DNA of 64,000 nucleotides from Patescibacteria group bacterium (GTDB taxonomy: Bacteria > Patescibacteriota > Doudnabacteria > UBA920). Every line of letters begins with the position of its first letter. Positions within the stretch are counted from its first letter, which is position 1. Under the pieces are notes generated by a model. The model had not been told where the DNA came from. It saw only the letters and a program-made list of their open reading frames with translations, and made no database searches. Position numbers and translations under genes: made by a program. Of this stretch, positions 42,342-52,015 are shown piece by piece. The stretch covers positions 3,341 through 67,340 of the forward strand of contig WARV01000002.1 of NCBI GenBank assembly GCA_013387205.1, in the 5' to 3' direction.

Positions 42342-43370
42342 ATGGCAAATTGGAACATCTTTTTGATAATTGAGGTCTTTTCGATTGTCGTTTTTCTGGC
42401 GGTTTTAAGCAGGGAGATGTTCCAGCAAAACAAGGCGCGGGTCTACGAAATTATTGCCTGCGTCTTTTTTGGCATGGTTTTGGAAATTGCCGATTCCTCA
42501 ATTTCGCACAGTTATTGGTATAGCCAGAATTTCTACCTTCAAATTCTGCGCACTCCTTTGGCTATTGGGCTGACCTGGTCGGTTGTAATTTACAGTTGCA
42601 TGCTGCTTTCTGACCAGTTTAATATCCCTTGGTATAAGCGTCCCTTCTTGGACGCCTTAACCGCAGTTGGTTTAGACTTGTTTATAGACCCGATTGCCAC
42701 GCGCTTAGGGCTTTGGCAATGGGCAGTTCCAATAAACCAGGGCTGGTACGGCGTCCCTTACGGGAATTTTGTCGGCTGGATTTTAGTCGTGTTTATTTTT
42801 TCTTTTGTCTTAAGGTTTATCCGCACCTTAAATCCAAAGAGGCTGCTGACAAAAATTTTCATGCTAGCCAGCCCGCTTGTGGCTTATGCAGGGCTTCTGT
42901 TGGGGATAGTAATTTTTAGGATAATTACCATTATCCCTTATGTGATTAACGTGCCTGCCGGCATAACTATATTAAAAAGCAGCAAAGATTTAAGTACTAT
43001 AATTGATCCGCAGATACAATTATGGGAACTGACTGTGTTTGTGATTATTATGGTTGAGTTGGCGCACGTGGCAATATCTGCCTTTGCCAGGCAAAGAGAC
43101 AAGACTGTGGCTCACTTTGACTTCTTCGCGTTTTTTTCTTTGGCAGGCATATACCTGACATTTTTTTGGGCAATGTTCACAAGCGGAATTTACAAAGAGA
43201 TCCCGTTCTTTGCCGCGTTTGGCGTACTGATGTTTTTGCTGCACTGCCTGCTGCACCTTTTTCCTTACTGGTATCATGGCAAGTCCGTTTATCTTTTTAG
43301 AAAGGTAGAGCGTGAGGTTGAAAAGGAAGAACGGGAGATGGCTAAGCTTGTGGCGGAGAACATGAAATAG
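42342..43370 (+). CDS. Polytopic integral membrane protein, unknown function
   Basis: 8+ TM helices; Trp-rich loops. Confidence 0.3.
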   Translation: MANWNIFLIIEVFSIVVFLAVLSREMFQQNKARVYEIIACVFFGMVLEIADSSISHSYWYSQNFYLQILRTPLAIGLTWSVVIYSCMLLSDQFNIPWYKRPFLDALTAVGLDLFIDPIATRLGLWQWAVPINQGWYGVPYGNFVGWILVVFIFSFVLRFIRTLNPKRLLTKIFMLASPLVAYAGLLLGIVIFRIITIIPYVINVPAGITILKSSKDLSTIIDPQIQLWELTVFVIIMVELAHVAISAFARQRDKTVAHFDFFAFFSLAGIYLTFFWAMFTSGIYKEIPFFAAFGVLMFLLHCLLHLFPYWYHGKSVYLFRKVEREVEKEEREMAKLVAENMK

Positions 43371-43413
43371 GCAATTTTGCCGGTGTTAAAATCATCAATG
43401 TTTGCAAGGGTTT

Positions 43414-43441
43414 GAATGGCTCAACCGACGGTTGAGCCATT
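43414..43441. repeat. Family-B REP-like hairpin (gaatggctcaacc gac ggttgagccatt)
   Basis: Same as at 18877 and 56709. Confidence 0.7.
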
Positions 43442-43546
43442 ATCGTAAAACATAAAATCGCCGGAAAATTATCTCGCTGATAGTTCTCGACATAATCGGG
43501 GTATTTATGTTAGAATAATGAGGCAATTTAATAGTTTTAAAGACCA

Positions 43547-43637
43547 GGGAAGCGTCGCATAGTGGTCTAGTGCACACGCTTGGAAAGCGTGCAACCTGTC
43601 AAAGGGTTCGAGGGTTCGAATCCCTCCGCTTCCGCCA
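43547..43637 (+). tRNA. tRNA-Ser (anticodon GGA) with long variable arm and encoded CCA
   Basis: Cloverleaf folded by hand: 7-bp acceptor, anticodon stem cacgc/gcgtg with loop ttGGAaa, long extra arm, T-arm GGTTCGAATCC. Confidence 0.8.
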
Positions 43638-43742
43638 TGCTACTTCGCCCTAACGGGCTTCGAAGCATTAGCCTTCGAATAACGCTAAACGTTAGAAATA
43701 GCGCCTTTGTCCCGCCGAAGCTTTAGCGAAGGGGGACGCCAC

Positions 43743-43779
43743 AAAAAGTCCATTGCCTTTAGGCAATGGACTTTTTGTT
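43743..43779 (+). terminator. Rho-independent terminator
   Basis: aaaaagtccattgcc ttta ggcaatggactttttg. Confidence 0.8.
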
Positions 43780-43861
43780 AATATGATTGGTATCTAATAT
43801 CGGATGATTTGCTAAAAACAGCCATTTTCTGTTACATTTATGTTGTGAGAGCGTTACTAAT

Positions 43862-45610
43862 ATGCAAGACCAGATATTACAAGAAATAAAAGATAGGCTA
43901 AATATTGCGGATGTTTTATCGGGCTATATTGCTTTAAAAAAAGCCGGGACCAATTTTAAAGCGGTTTGCCCGTTCCATAGCGAAAAAACTCCGAGCCTGA
44001 TGATATCGCCCCAAAAACAGATTTGGCATTGTTTTGGCTGCGGCGAAGGCGGGGATATTTTTGGGTTTGTCATGCGTTATGAGAATTTGGAATTCAAGGA
44101 TGCTTTAAAATTTTTGGCAGACAAGGCCGGTGTTAAGTTGCCGGAATATCATCCCAAAGACAAAAAAGAAATCGATGCAGAGCAACTGCTTTACAAAATA
44201 AACGATTTTGCCGCCAGGTTCTATCATCAAATTTTGCTTAAGGACAAATCGGCAAGCGATGCTTTGCAGTATTTAAAAAAGCGGGGGCTTAACCTTGAAA
44301 CCATAAAGCAATGGCAAATCGGTTATGCGCCAAATGATTTTCATGCTCTGGAAAAAGCCTTGCTTGCAAAAAAAGTTGGCCTTAACGATTTGCTTAAAGC
44401 CGGTGTCAGCAGCAAGAACGAGCGCGGACAAATTTATGACCGTTTCCGCGACCGGGTAACTTTTCCTATTTATAATTACATGGGAGAAGCCGTGGGTTTT
44501 TCTGCAAGAATCCTGCATGACGATGGGAAATCCGCAAAATACATTAATTCCCCTGAGACCGTCATTTATAACAAGAGCCGGGTACTGTTTGGCTTAAGTC
44601 TGGCCAAAACCGCCATAAGAAAAGCCGATGAAGCGGTAATCGTTGAAGGCCAGATGGATTGCATTACTGCCCATCAAGCCGGGTTTGCCAATGTGGTGGC
44701 TTCGAGCGGAACAGCTTTGACTTTGGAACAGTTAGCCTTGCTCTCCAGGCTGACAAAAAATTTGAAGTTCTGCTTTGATGCTGATGCCGCGGGGCTTGCG
44801 GCCAGCAGGCGCGCTGGCGAATTGGCGTTAAAGCAGGGTTTTAGGATTAAAGTTATCCAGCTTAAATCCGTCAAAGACCCCGACGAGTTAATTAAAAAGA
44901 GCCCGGGCCTTTGGGAAAAGGCAGCATCTGAAGCCGTCTGGTTTATTGATTTTTATATAGAATTGGCCAGGAAACAGGCTCCAGAAGACAAAATTGAACA
45001 ACTGCATTTTTTAAGCGACCAGGTGGTTCCGCTCATCAGCTTTATCCAGGATCCTTTGGAACAGGACCATTACATAAGGAAAATAACCGAACTGTTTGAA
45101 GTAACGGAGCGGACCATAAGGGAGCAGGTTAAACCCGCAAAGCAGAATTTTCAGAATGCTGCGGTTTCGGCAAAGATAATCCAGAATTTCGGTTTGGAGA
45201 AAATCGTATTGGGTGGCTTGTTAAAATTTCCAGAATTCCAGGATGGAGCGGTAAAAGCGTTGGATGCGGAAGATTTCGAAAACGCGGAAATAAAAGAGCT
45301 GGTAAAACCGCTGCTCTCTGGGAAGAGTATTTCGGAACAGTCTGTAGCGGAATCTACTGTTGCCAAAGAAGCTATTTTTATGGTAGAATCACAATTAGAT
45401 GAACTGGGCGGCAATATCGAATTATTGCATAAGGAATTACAAAAATCCTTTGCCCAATTGAAAATTTCCGGCATTAAGAGGCAGCAGCAAAAACTTAACG
45501 CGGAAATTAAGAGGGTTGAATCCCAAGGCGATAAAATCACATTAAATGAGCTGAACAGGAAATTTGCCCAGCTTGCCTCTTTAAGGATTCAATTTGAAAA
45601 AAGTACATAG
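43862..45610 (+). CDS. dnaG: DNA primase DnaG
   Basis: Zinc-ribbon CPFHSEKTPS...CFGCGEGGD; TOPRIM region; followed by rpoD. Confidence 0.9.
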   Translation: MQDQILQEIKDRLNIADVLSGYIALKKAGTNFKAVCPFHSEKTPSLMISPQKQIWHCFGCGEGGDIFGFVMRYENLEFKDALKFLADKAGVKLPEYHPKDKKEIDAEQLLYKINDFAARFYHQILLKDKSASDALQYLKKRGLNLETIKQWQIGYAPNDFHALEKALLAKKVGLNDLLKAGVSSKNERGQIYDRFRDRVTFPIYNYMGEAVGFSARILHDDGKSAKYINSPETVIYNKSRVLFGLSLAKTAIRKADEAVIVEGQMDCITAHQAGFANVVASSGTALTLEQLALLSRLTKNLKFCFDADAAGLAASRRAGELALKQGFRIKVIQLKSVKDPDELIKKSPGLWEKAASEAVWFIDFYIELARKQAPEDKIEQLHFLSDQVVPLISFIQDPLEQDHYIRKITELFEVTERTIREQVKPAKQNFQNAAVSAKIIQNFGLEKIVLGGLLKFPEFQDGAVKALDAEDFENAEIKELVKPLLSGKSISEQSVAESTVAKEAIFMVESQLDELGGNIELLHKELQKSFAQLKISGIKRQQQKLNAEIKRVESQGDKITLNELNRKFAQLASLRIQFEKST

Positions 45611-45747
45611 CGATTAAAATCGTCATAATGCGAATTACGCGAACAGGAACAATGCGAAAAACGCGAAATTTTTATCATATTTTCGCGAAGTTCGCATTTA
45701 GTTTCGCGTCATTCTCGTTATAATATTTAATTTTTTAAATTTAAACT

Positions 45748-47037
45748 ATGGCAAAGAAGAAGCAAGCAAAGGCCGGAAAGCCTTCCAAAAAAATGAATAA
45801 GAAGGTTAAAGCTAAAATTGCGCGCAAGCCTGTTTCGGGCAAGAATAACGCCAAGAAAAAGGCTAAACTCCACAAACAGCCGGTAGCGGCAAAGCTTGTT
45901 GAAACAGTGTTGACGACCGAGGAAGAAAAGGAGAAGATGTCCAAAGCTTTGGCCCAGCTTATGGAAAAAGGCGCAGAGCGCGGGTTTGTGACCGAGGCGG
46001 AATTGCTGCATGTAATCCCGCATTTTGAAGATGACTTAACAGGCCTTGAAAAAGTGATGGACAGCCTGGAAAAGCGCGGAATTGAAATTGTCGACCAGGA
46101 AGTGGCCAGCGTTTGGGAACAGAACAAGCCGACTGAAGCCAAGCCAGTGATTGTTAAAGGCAGACAGAAGAAACAGGAAGAGATGGTTGACGCTTTTGAC
46201 CTTGGTGACATTTATGATGATTCCATCCAGATGTATTTGAGGGAAATAGGTAAGGTGCCCCTTTTGACCGGAGAAGAAGAAATTGATTTGGCAAAAAGAA
46301 TTGCCAAAGGCGACGTGGCTGCCAGGAAAAAATTAACCGAAGCCAACTTGAGGCTTGTCGTTTCCATTGCGAAAAAATATATGGGCAGAAATTTGGGGCT
46401 TTTGGATCTAATCCAAGAAGGTAATCTTGGGTTGTTCAGGGCCGTGGAAAAATTCGACTGGAGAAAAGGCTATAAGTTTTCCACTTATGCGACCTGGTGG
46501 ATTAGGCAGGCGATAACCAGGGCATTGGCCGACCAGAGCCGCACTATCCGCATTCCGGTTCACATGGTGGAAACCTTGAACAAATACGCCCAGGCCGAAA
46601 GGCAGCTGGTGCAGGATTTGGGCCGCGAACCGCTACCGGAAGAAATTGCCGCAGAAATGGGGATTGAAGTGGAAAAAGTCTATCATTTAAAGAAGATCTC
46701 CCAGGAAACCGTATCTATAGATTCTCCGGTTGGGGAAGATGATGGTGAAGATTCCAGCCTCGGCGATTTTATTGTAGACGAAGATACGACCAAGCCTAAT
46801 GAGGTTGCCGGCAGGCAGATTTTAAAGGAATACGTGCAGAATATTCTGCACGACTTGGATCCCAGGGAACAGAAAATCTTAAAGATGCGCTTTGGGCTGG
46901 AAGACGGAGTGACTCATACTCTGGAGGAGGTAGGCGAGGAATTCGGCGTAACCCGCGAGCGCATCCGCCAAATTGAAAGCAAGGCTTTGGAAAGGATAAG
47001 GGAGCATATAGATATAAATAAGCTAAGGGATTACTAA
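45748..47037 (+). CDS. rpoD: RNA polymerase primary sigma factor (sigma-70, RpoD)
   Basis: Region 2 [18 protein letters not shown]...[13 protein letters not shown]; regions 3/4 present; Lys-rich N-terminus. Confidence 0.93.
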   Translation: MAKKKQAKAGKPSKKMNKKVKAKIARKPVSGKNNAKKKAKLHKQPVAAKLVETVLTTEEEKEKMSKALAQLMEKGAERGFVTEAELLHVIPHFEDDLTGLEKVMDSLEKRGIEIVDQEVASVWEQNKPTEAKPVIVKGRQKKQEEMVDAFDLGDIYDDSIQMYLREIGKVPLLTGEEEIDLAKRIAKGDVAARKKLTEANLRLVVSIAKKYMGRNLGLLDLIQEGNLGLFRAVEKFDWRKGYKFSTYATWWIRQAITRALADQSRTIRIPVHMVETLNKYAQAERQLVQDLGREPLPEEIAAEMGIEVEKVYHLKKISQETVSIDSPVGEDDGEDSSLGDFIVDEDTTKPNEVAGRQILKEYVQNILHDLDPREQKILKMRFGLEDGVTHTLEEVGEEFGVTRERIRQIESKALERIREHIDINKLRDY

Positions 47038-47043
47038 AGAGAA

Positions 47044-47071
47044 ACCCCGCCTCTCGCGAGAGGCGGGGTTT
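47044..47071 (+). terminator. Rho-independent terminator after rpoD
   Basis: ccccgcctctcgcgagaggcgggg + TTT. Confidence 0.8.
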
Positions 47072-47099
47072 AAATTTGACTATCAGATATTTCATACTT

Positions 47100-47395
47100 T
47101 ATAATCACTTTTTTTGAATTACTGAGTTATCCACTCCCTGGAATTTTTATCTCAAATATAATGAAATTTCTTACCTTGACCTCCGTTATATTAGATGTAA
47201 GATTAAAACAGAAAGGAAAGAGAGTTGATGAAATACCGAGTGAGTAAAGGTTGGGCTTCCTAAGCTAAAGCGAAAAGCCTTAAGGCGCGTAAGCCTTGTT
47301 TACAAGTAAAAACAAAGTTCGCACATGAAGGGAAACCATACCTGTTAAAACAGGCTTTGGCCTTGAAAAAGGAAAAGCCTGTTTTATTTTTTGTT
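47100..47395 (+). ncRNA. Candidate small non-coding RNA (~250-300 nt) ending in an intrinsic terminator (47349-47393); identity unknown
   Basis: ORF-free interval between two terminators with internal hairpins; no match by eye to tmRNA, RNase P or SRP RNA. Confidence 0.2.
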
Positions 47396-47449
47396 GTTTG
47401 CTATTTTAATTGCGTTTGCTTATAATTATCGGGAAAGGAGGAAGGTTTG

Positions 47450-47674
47450 ATGCCGGTTGAAAAGGGTACCGATGAGTATTATACGCTTTTGCATAGAGAG
47501 GATTTGAATGTTGTAGTTGCCGAAGCTCGCCGCCAGCCCGTGCAATCGAAAAACATTGTAACCCGTCCGCAGCTCGAAGAAGACACGTGCGCCGAAAGGG
47601 AGTTTGAGGCATCTTGCCTGGAATTATCCGGCGCGGATGGCGGACTTGCCACTGTAGTCAGTGGCGACGATTAG
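47450..47674 (+). CDS. Small acidic protein (74 aa), unknown function
   Basis: Strong Shine-Dalgarno GGAAAGGAGGAAGG 8 nt upstream of the ATG; -10-like TATAAT upstream. Confidence 0.4.
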   Translation: MPVEKGTDEYYTLLHREDLNVVVAEARRQPVQSKNIVTRPQLEEDTCAEREFEASCLELSGADGGLATVVSGDD

Positions 47675-47693
47675 CTTTCCCAAAGAAAACGAA

Positions 47694-47720
47694 AGCGTCC
47701 CGATATTACATCGGGACGCT
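47694..47720. terminator. Bidirectional hairpin terminator
   Basis: agcgtcccgat attacat cgggacgct. Confidence 0.6.
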
Positions 47721-47733
47721 CTTCTTATATTAT

Positions 47734-48618
47734 TTAAAATTTATAGTCAATCATTTTATACACCAGTTTTGCAATCATGAAGTCCGGGTGGCTGAGGTCC
47801 TTAATTGGTGCTAATTCCACAATATCCGCGCCAATTACTTCCTTTTTTTCAAAGACAGTTTTTAATATTTCCAGAGTCGGCCACCAGTATAAGCCGCCCG
47901 GTTCAGGTGTGCCAGTGGAAGGCATTATGGATGGGTCAAAAGCATCAACGTCAAAACTAATAAAGACTTGCTTGGTTGTTATGGCCCGCAAAATTTCTGA
48001 AATTTTTGGCTTTTCCCAACCCCAGAAAGTTTTTATTTTACCGTTATTGCGTTTCCTAAAATCCAGTTCGCCGTTTTGGTCGCTGAAGCTGCGGATGCCG
48101 ACTTGCACCAATTTGGCCACCGGATATTTTTTTAAAACCTGGCTCATGACCGAAGCGTGGCTGTATTCCGTACCATGGTAATCAAGACGGGTGTCGGAAT
48201 GGGCGTCAAAATGCAAAACAGTGAAATTTTCATACTTTTCATTCAAGCCTTTTATTACGCCTTGGGTTATGGAATGTTCTCCGCCTAATATTATCGGGAA
48301 TTTTTTGTCGCTGGCTGCTTGCCTGACAACTTGCGCTAAAACAGCCAGGGCAACTTCGGGGTTTTTTGGAATTGCTGGCTGTTTTAAAGTGGCAATGCCG
48401 TTTTTGTAAGGCGATTTTAAGCTTTGCTCATCAAGCGTTTCCATGTAATGGCTGGCTTCAATTATCGCCTTGGGTCCGTTCTTAGTTCCGCCACCGTAGC
48501 TGACCGTGCTTTCCAATCCAAAAGGAATAACAACGACTTTAGCCTGGTCATAAGGCGCCTCAAAGCTAACACTACCAATATTGCCTAAAAATCCGTTTTT
48601 TATAGTTTGAAGTTTCAT
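47734..48618 (-). CDS. Arginase/agmatinase/formiminoglutamase (ureohydrolase) family protein
   Basis: GGEHSITQG, HFDAHSDT and SFDVDAFDP manganese-binding motifs. Confidence 0.8.
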   Translation of the reverse strand: MKLQTIKNGFLGNIGSVSFEAPYDQAKVVVIPFGLESTVSYGGGTKNGPKAIIEASHYMETLDEQSLKSPYKNGIATLKQPAIPKNPEVALAVLAQVVRQAASDKKFPIILGGEHSITQGVIKGLNEKYENFTVLHFDAHSDTRLDYHGTEYSHASVMSQVLKKYPVAKLVQVGIRSFSDQNGELDFRKRNNGKIKTFWGWEKPKISEILRAITTKQVFISFDVDAFDPSIMPSTGTPEPGGLYWWPTLEILKTVFEKKEVIGADIVELAPIKDLSHPDFMIAKLVYKMIDYKF

Positions 48619-48741
48619 AAATATATTATTTATAAGGTAATTTTATCTTTTTTTGCCTATTTTGGCAATTATCGCAGTTGAATCATTTTTTTGGTTTTGC
48701 TAATATTATGCTATTGTAAGTCTGGTTTGGAGGATGGATAA

Positions 48742-48921
48742 ATGGCAAAGAGAGTTCAGGTTTTGATTGGTTTGCTGATAATCTTTTACGGATTATCGAT
48801 GTCCGGATGTGCTCCAGTCATGACAAGGGCCGGGGTGTTGATCGCGGGTGTTTCTGTCCTGGCGGTTCCCTTAATTTTCCGCAAGTTGAAAAACCACCAG
48901 GTCGACCCGGAAAACGACTAG
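48742..48921 (+). CDS. Small hydrophobic protein (59 aa), followed by a GGCGGCGAGA...TCTCGCCGCC terminator
   Basis: Below the track size cut-off; TM helix; paralogue-like arrangement with 49035..49235. Confidence 0.25.
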   Translation: MAKRVQVLIGLLIIFYGLSMSGCAPVMTRAGVLIAGVSVLAVPLIFRKLKNHQVDPEND

Positions 48922-49034
48922 TCAGGGCAAGTATGGGCGGCGAGAACGAGTTCTCGCCGCCATTTTCATATATTGAAAATTTACTAAGGATGTGTTAATA
49001 TCCGTTTGTTGTTAGGATTTCTTGAGGAGGGTAC

Positions 49035-49235
49035 ATGTTGAAGAATGTTTGTTTGCTTTTAGGGGTGTTTTGTTTTTTGCTGGCTTTGTTTCTCCCGGTA
49101 TTTACGTCGGCAATCGCTAGGATGTTGGTATTCTTGCTTGCTGCAATATTTCTGGGAGCCGTCTTATTGATCCGCAAACTGGATAAGGGCAACGCCGAGA
49201 TGCTCAAAACTTTGGGTCGCTCTAGTAGCGACTGA
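49035..49235 (+). CDS. Small hydrophobic protein (66 aa), followed by a near-identical GGCGGCGAGA...TCTCGCCGCC terminator
   Basis: TM helix; second copy of the same gene+terminator module. Confidence 0.3.
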   Translation: MLKNVCLLLGVFCFLLALFLPVFTSAIARMLVFLLAAIFLGAVLLIRKLDKGNAEMLKTLGRSSSD

Positions 49236-49360
49236 TAATCACAAGCTCCCATCAACAAGTTCGGTGGCGGCGAGAAGAATCTCGCCGCCATTTTCTATTT
49301 GTCATAGCTGTATTTGATTTCCGTCATAAATAAGAAGAAAATCACTAAAGCCTTTTTCAT

Positions 49361-50404
49361 ATGGCCAGACAATTAAGGATTGCGCAAATAGCCCCGATTA
49401 TCGAAAGAGTGCCGCCAAAAAAATACGGCGGCACGGAAAGGGTTATCCACGCTTTAATTGAAGAGTTGGTCAGCAGGGGCCATAAAGTAACTCTTTTTGC
49501 CAGCGGGGATTCTTTGACGTCTGCCCAACTGTCATCCGTCTTCCAAAAATCTTTAAGGGAGATGCGGGTAAAAGATTTATATCATCCTAATCCTTTGGCT
49601 TTGTGCCACGTTGGCGCGGCTTACGAGAGACAGAATGAATTTGATATTATCCATGACCATAACGATTATTTTTGTTTGCCCACGGCTAATATCAGCCATA
49701 CGCCGGTTGTAGTCACCGTGCACGGCGCTTTTAGTACGGACAATATCAGGATTTACCAAAAATTAAACAATCCTTATTACGTGACTATTTCCCAGGCTCA
49801 GGGCCAGGCTTATCCTAGTTTGCACTTTGCCGGCACGGTTTACAACGGATTGAAGATGGACGACTATCCGTTTTCCGCAGAGCATGACGGCTATCTGTTG
49901 TTCGTTGGCAGGATATCCATGGAAAAAGGCGTGCATCATGCCATTGATGCTGCCAGGTATTTGAATTTGCCTTTGATAATCGCCGCCAAATTGGATGAAA
50001 AAGACGTGGGGTATTACGAGTATTACGTCAAACCTGGGCTTAGCGAAGACATAAAATGGATAGGCGAAGTGGATGAAAAGGAAAGAAACCAGCTGATGAG
50101 CAGGGCGATGGCGTTTTTGCATCCGGTAACATGGAGGGAACCTTTCGGATTAACGCTTATTGAAGCCATGGCTTGCGGTTGTCCGGTAATCGGGTTTAAC
50201 CGTGGATCGATCCCGGAAATTATTGCTGATAAAAAAACCGGCTTTGTCGTGCAGGATACCGAAGAAATGCTTGACGCAATTTCCAATATTGATAAAATAG
50301 ATAGGAACGAGTGCCGCCGGTACGTTTTGGAAAATTTTTCCGCAGTGAAAATGGCTGACGGTTATGAGAAAATTTATACGCAAATTCTTGAAAGCAAGAT
50401 TTGA
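49361..50404 (+). CDS. Glycosyltransferase family 4 (GT-B, group 1)
   Basis: EPFGLTLIEAMACGCPVIGFNRGSIPEII motif. Confidence 0.85.
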   Translation: MARQLRIAQIAPIIERVPPKKYGGTERVIHALIEELVSRGHKVTLFASGDSLTSAQLSSVFQKSLREMRVKDLYHPNPLALCHVGAAYERQNEFDIIHDHNDYFCLPTANISHTPVVVTVHGAFSTDNIRIYQKLNNPYYVTISQAQGQAYPSLHFAGTVYNGLKMDDYPFSAEHDGYLLFVGRISMEKGVHHAIDAARYLNLPLIIAAKLDEKDVGYYEYYVKPGLSEDIKWIGEVDEKERNQLMSRAMAFLHPVTWREPFGLTLIEAMACGCPVIGFNRGSIPEIIADKKTGFVVQDTEEMLDAISNIDKIDRNECRRYVLENFSAVKMADGYEKIYTQILESKI

Positions 50405-50422
50405 GAATTTGAAAGAGGATAT

Positions 50423-51718
50423 ATGGAATTTAAAGTTGATGCCACGGATTTTTTTTGGGACTTAGGGCTTCAGACAATAAAAGAACTGGAAACGGACAAA
50501 GGGATTCTGGCTTCTTCAAGCCAGGAAATATATGGCTGCATATTCGGACGGGATTCTTTAATTACCGCGTTAAAGCTTTTAAAAGCCAGCGGCGCTGATA
50601 ACCAAAGGTATTTCTTGGATTTGGTGAAAAAGATTTTGGCGAATCTCGTAACTTTGCAAGGCCACCAGGTCAATATTGAAAGCGGGGAAGAGCCGGGAAA
50701 ATGCATCCACGAATACAGGCCTGATAACCACGAGCATTTGACCAAGCGGACTTCTAAACCCTGGTTTGTTTATGCGGATAACACTATGCGCAATTACGAC
50801 AGCGTTGATGCCACGCCATTGCTGCTGATTACGATTTACCGCTATTGGCAAAAAAGCGGGGATGATGAATTCCTGCAACTGGTATTACCGAATATTGATG
50901 CAGCCTTAAAATGGCAGATGGCTTTTTCCGATAAGGACAACGACGGGCTTATAGATTACCAGCCTCATCCGGAAAGGACTTTTGGCGGCCTGGTCACGCA
51001 GAATTGGATGGACAGTGTTGAATCCGTGTTCCATGAAGATGGGAGCGATGTGGTTTTTCCAGTCGCGCCGGTGGAAGTCCAGGCTTACGGCTACTTGGCC
51101 TATCGCTTATGGGCGGATTATTTCCATGACCGGAACAAAGAATTGTCATTGGAGCTAAACAGGCGGGCGGATAAACTAAAGGAAGTATTTAACCGGAAGT
51201 TTGTCTTTTCAGACAACGGCAATTTTGCCTTAGCCTGCGGAGTTGACGGAGCCGGCAAGCAGATGCAGTCTGTCAGGTCGAGCATGGGCCATGTACTTTG
51301 GGCCAGCCGCAACTTGGAAGACGATGGAATACTCGATTGCATTTTGCAAGAGGAGCAAATTTCTGAGCTGGTGCAGCGGCTCATTATGCCGGATTTGTTT
51401 GAACCAGAAGCCGGTATTAGAACATTGAGCGCTAACTCTGCGATGTTTTCTCCGCAAAGTTACCACAATGGTTCCATTTGGCCGCATGATAACGGTTTGA
51501 TTGCCGAGGGCTTGCAGGCATTTGGCTATACGCAAGAGTCAAAAAAAATCAGGGAATCAATCTTTCGTGCTTTGGGCCATTTCCAGACGCCGGTTGAACT
51601 GTTCGTTTTCCATCAAGGGCAGTTTTCAGACTACTTTTTCCAGGGCCAGACAGCCTGCAAAAAGCAAGCCTGGAGCGCAGCCTCGCTGCTCACCACCTCT
51701 TTGGCGCTTAAGAAATAA
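50423..51718 (+). CDS. Amylo-alpha-1,6-glucosidase / glycogen-debranching-enzyme-like (six-hairpin glycosidase) protein
   Basis: N-terminal IYGCIFGRDSLITALKLL; size; adjacent GT4. Confidence 0.55.
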   Translation: MEFKVDATDFFWDLGLQTIKELETDKGILASSSQEIYGCIFGRDSLITALKLLKASGADNQRYFLDLVKKILANLVTLQGHQVNIESGEEPGKCIHEYRPDNHEHLTKRTSKPWFVYADNTMRNYDSVDATPLLLITIYRYWQKSGDDEFLQLVLPNIDAALKWQMAFSDKDNDGLIDYQPHPERTFGGLVTQNWMDSVESVFHEDGSDVVFPVAPVEVQAYGYLAYRLWADYFHDRNKELSLELNRRADKLKEVFNRKFVFSDNGNFALACGVDGAGKQMQSVRSSMGHVLWASRNLEDDGILDCILQEEQISELVQRLIMPDLFEPEAGIRTLSANSAMFSPQSYHNGSIWPHDNGLIAEGLQAFGYTQESKKIRESIFRALGHFQTPVELFVFHQGQFSDYFFQGQTACKKQAWSAASLLTTSLALKK

Positions 51719-51815
51719 TCCAAACACCGCAAAAACCATTCCCGGATTAGCTCTAACAGGGCAAAATCCGGGATTTTTATTTAATCTGCAAAACAATAAA
51801 AATTAAATTGATTCG

Positions 51816-51861
51816 CAAAACCCATAAAATCCTTATAATTATAAGGATTTTATGGGTTTTG
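51816..51861. promoter_or_regulatory. Perfect 46-bp palindrome (caaaacccataaaatccttataa|ttataaggattttatgggttttg) directly abutting the -35 of the DGR-target promoter; candidate operator
   Basis: Direct reading. Confidence 0.5.
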
Positions 51862-51862
51862 C

Positions 51863-51891
51863 TTGACAATAGGGTAAAAAAAGGGTATAAT
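51863..51891 (+). promoter_or_regulatory. Consensus sigma70 promoter (TTGACA, 17-nt spacer, TATAAT) for the DGR target gene
   Basis: Exact consensus hexamers with optimal spacing; SD TAAGGAG precedes the ATG at 52016. Confidence 0.6.
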
Positions 51892-52015
51892 TATAAGGAA
51901 AATTGTTAGCCTTAGCTGTTTGTTCAAAAATGATTGTTTTTGACTTTACAGCTAAGGCCAAAAGCCGACCCCAGTGGCAACACCACTGATTTTGACAACT
52001 CTAAGGAGAAAGACG

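Noticed and set aside
47100-47395. Checked for tmRNA, RNase P RNA, SRP RNA
   Set aside because: No tRNA-like 3' end with TTCGAATCC...CCA, no GGAAAGTCCGGGCTCC-type RNase P core, and no SRP domain IV motif visible; left as an unassigned sRNA candidate.
51974-52015. Upstream extension of the DGR target ORF (track start 51974)
   Set aside because: The extension overlaps the hairpin in the 5' UTR; the ATG at 52016 has a strong SD (TAAGGAG) at optimal spacing.
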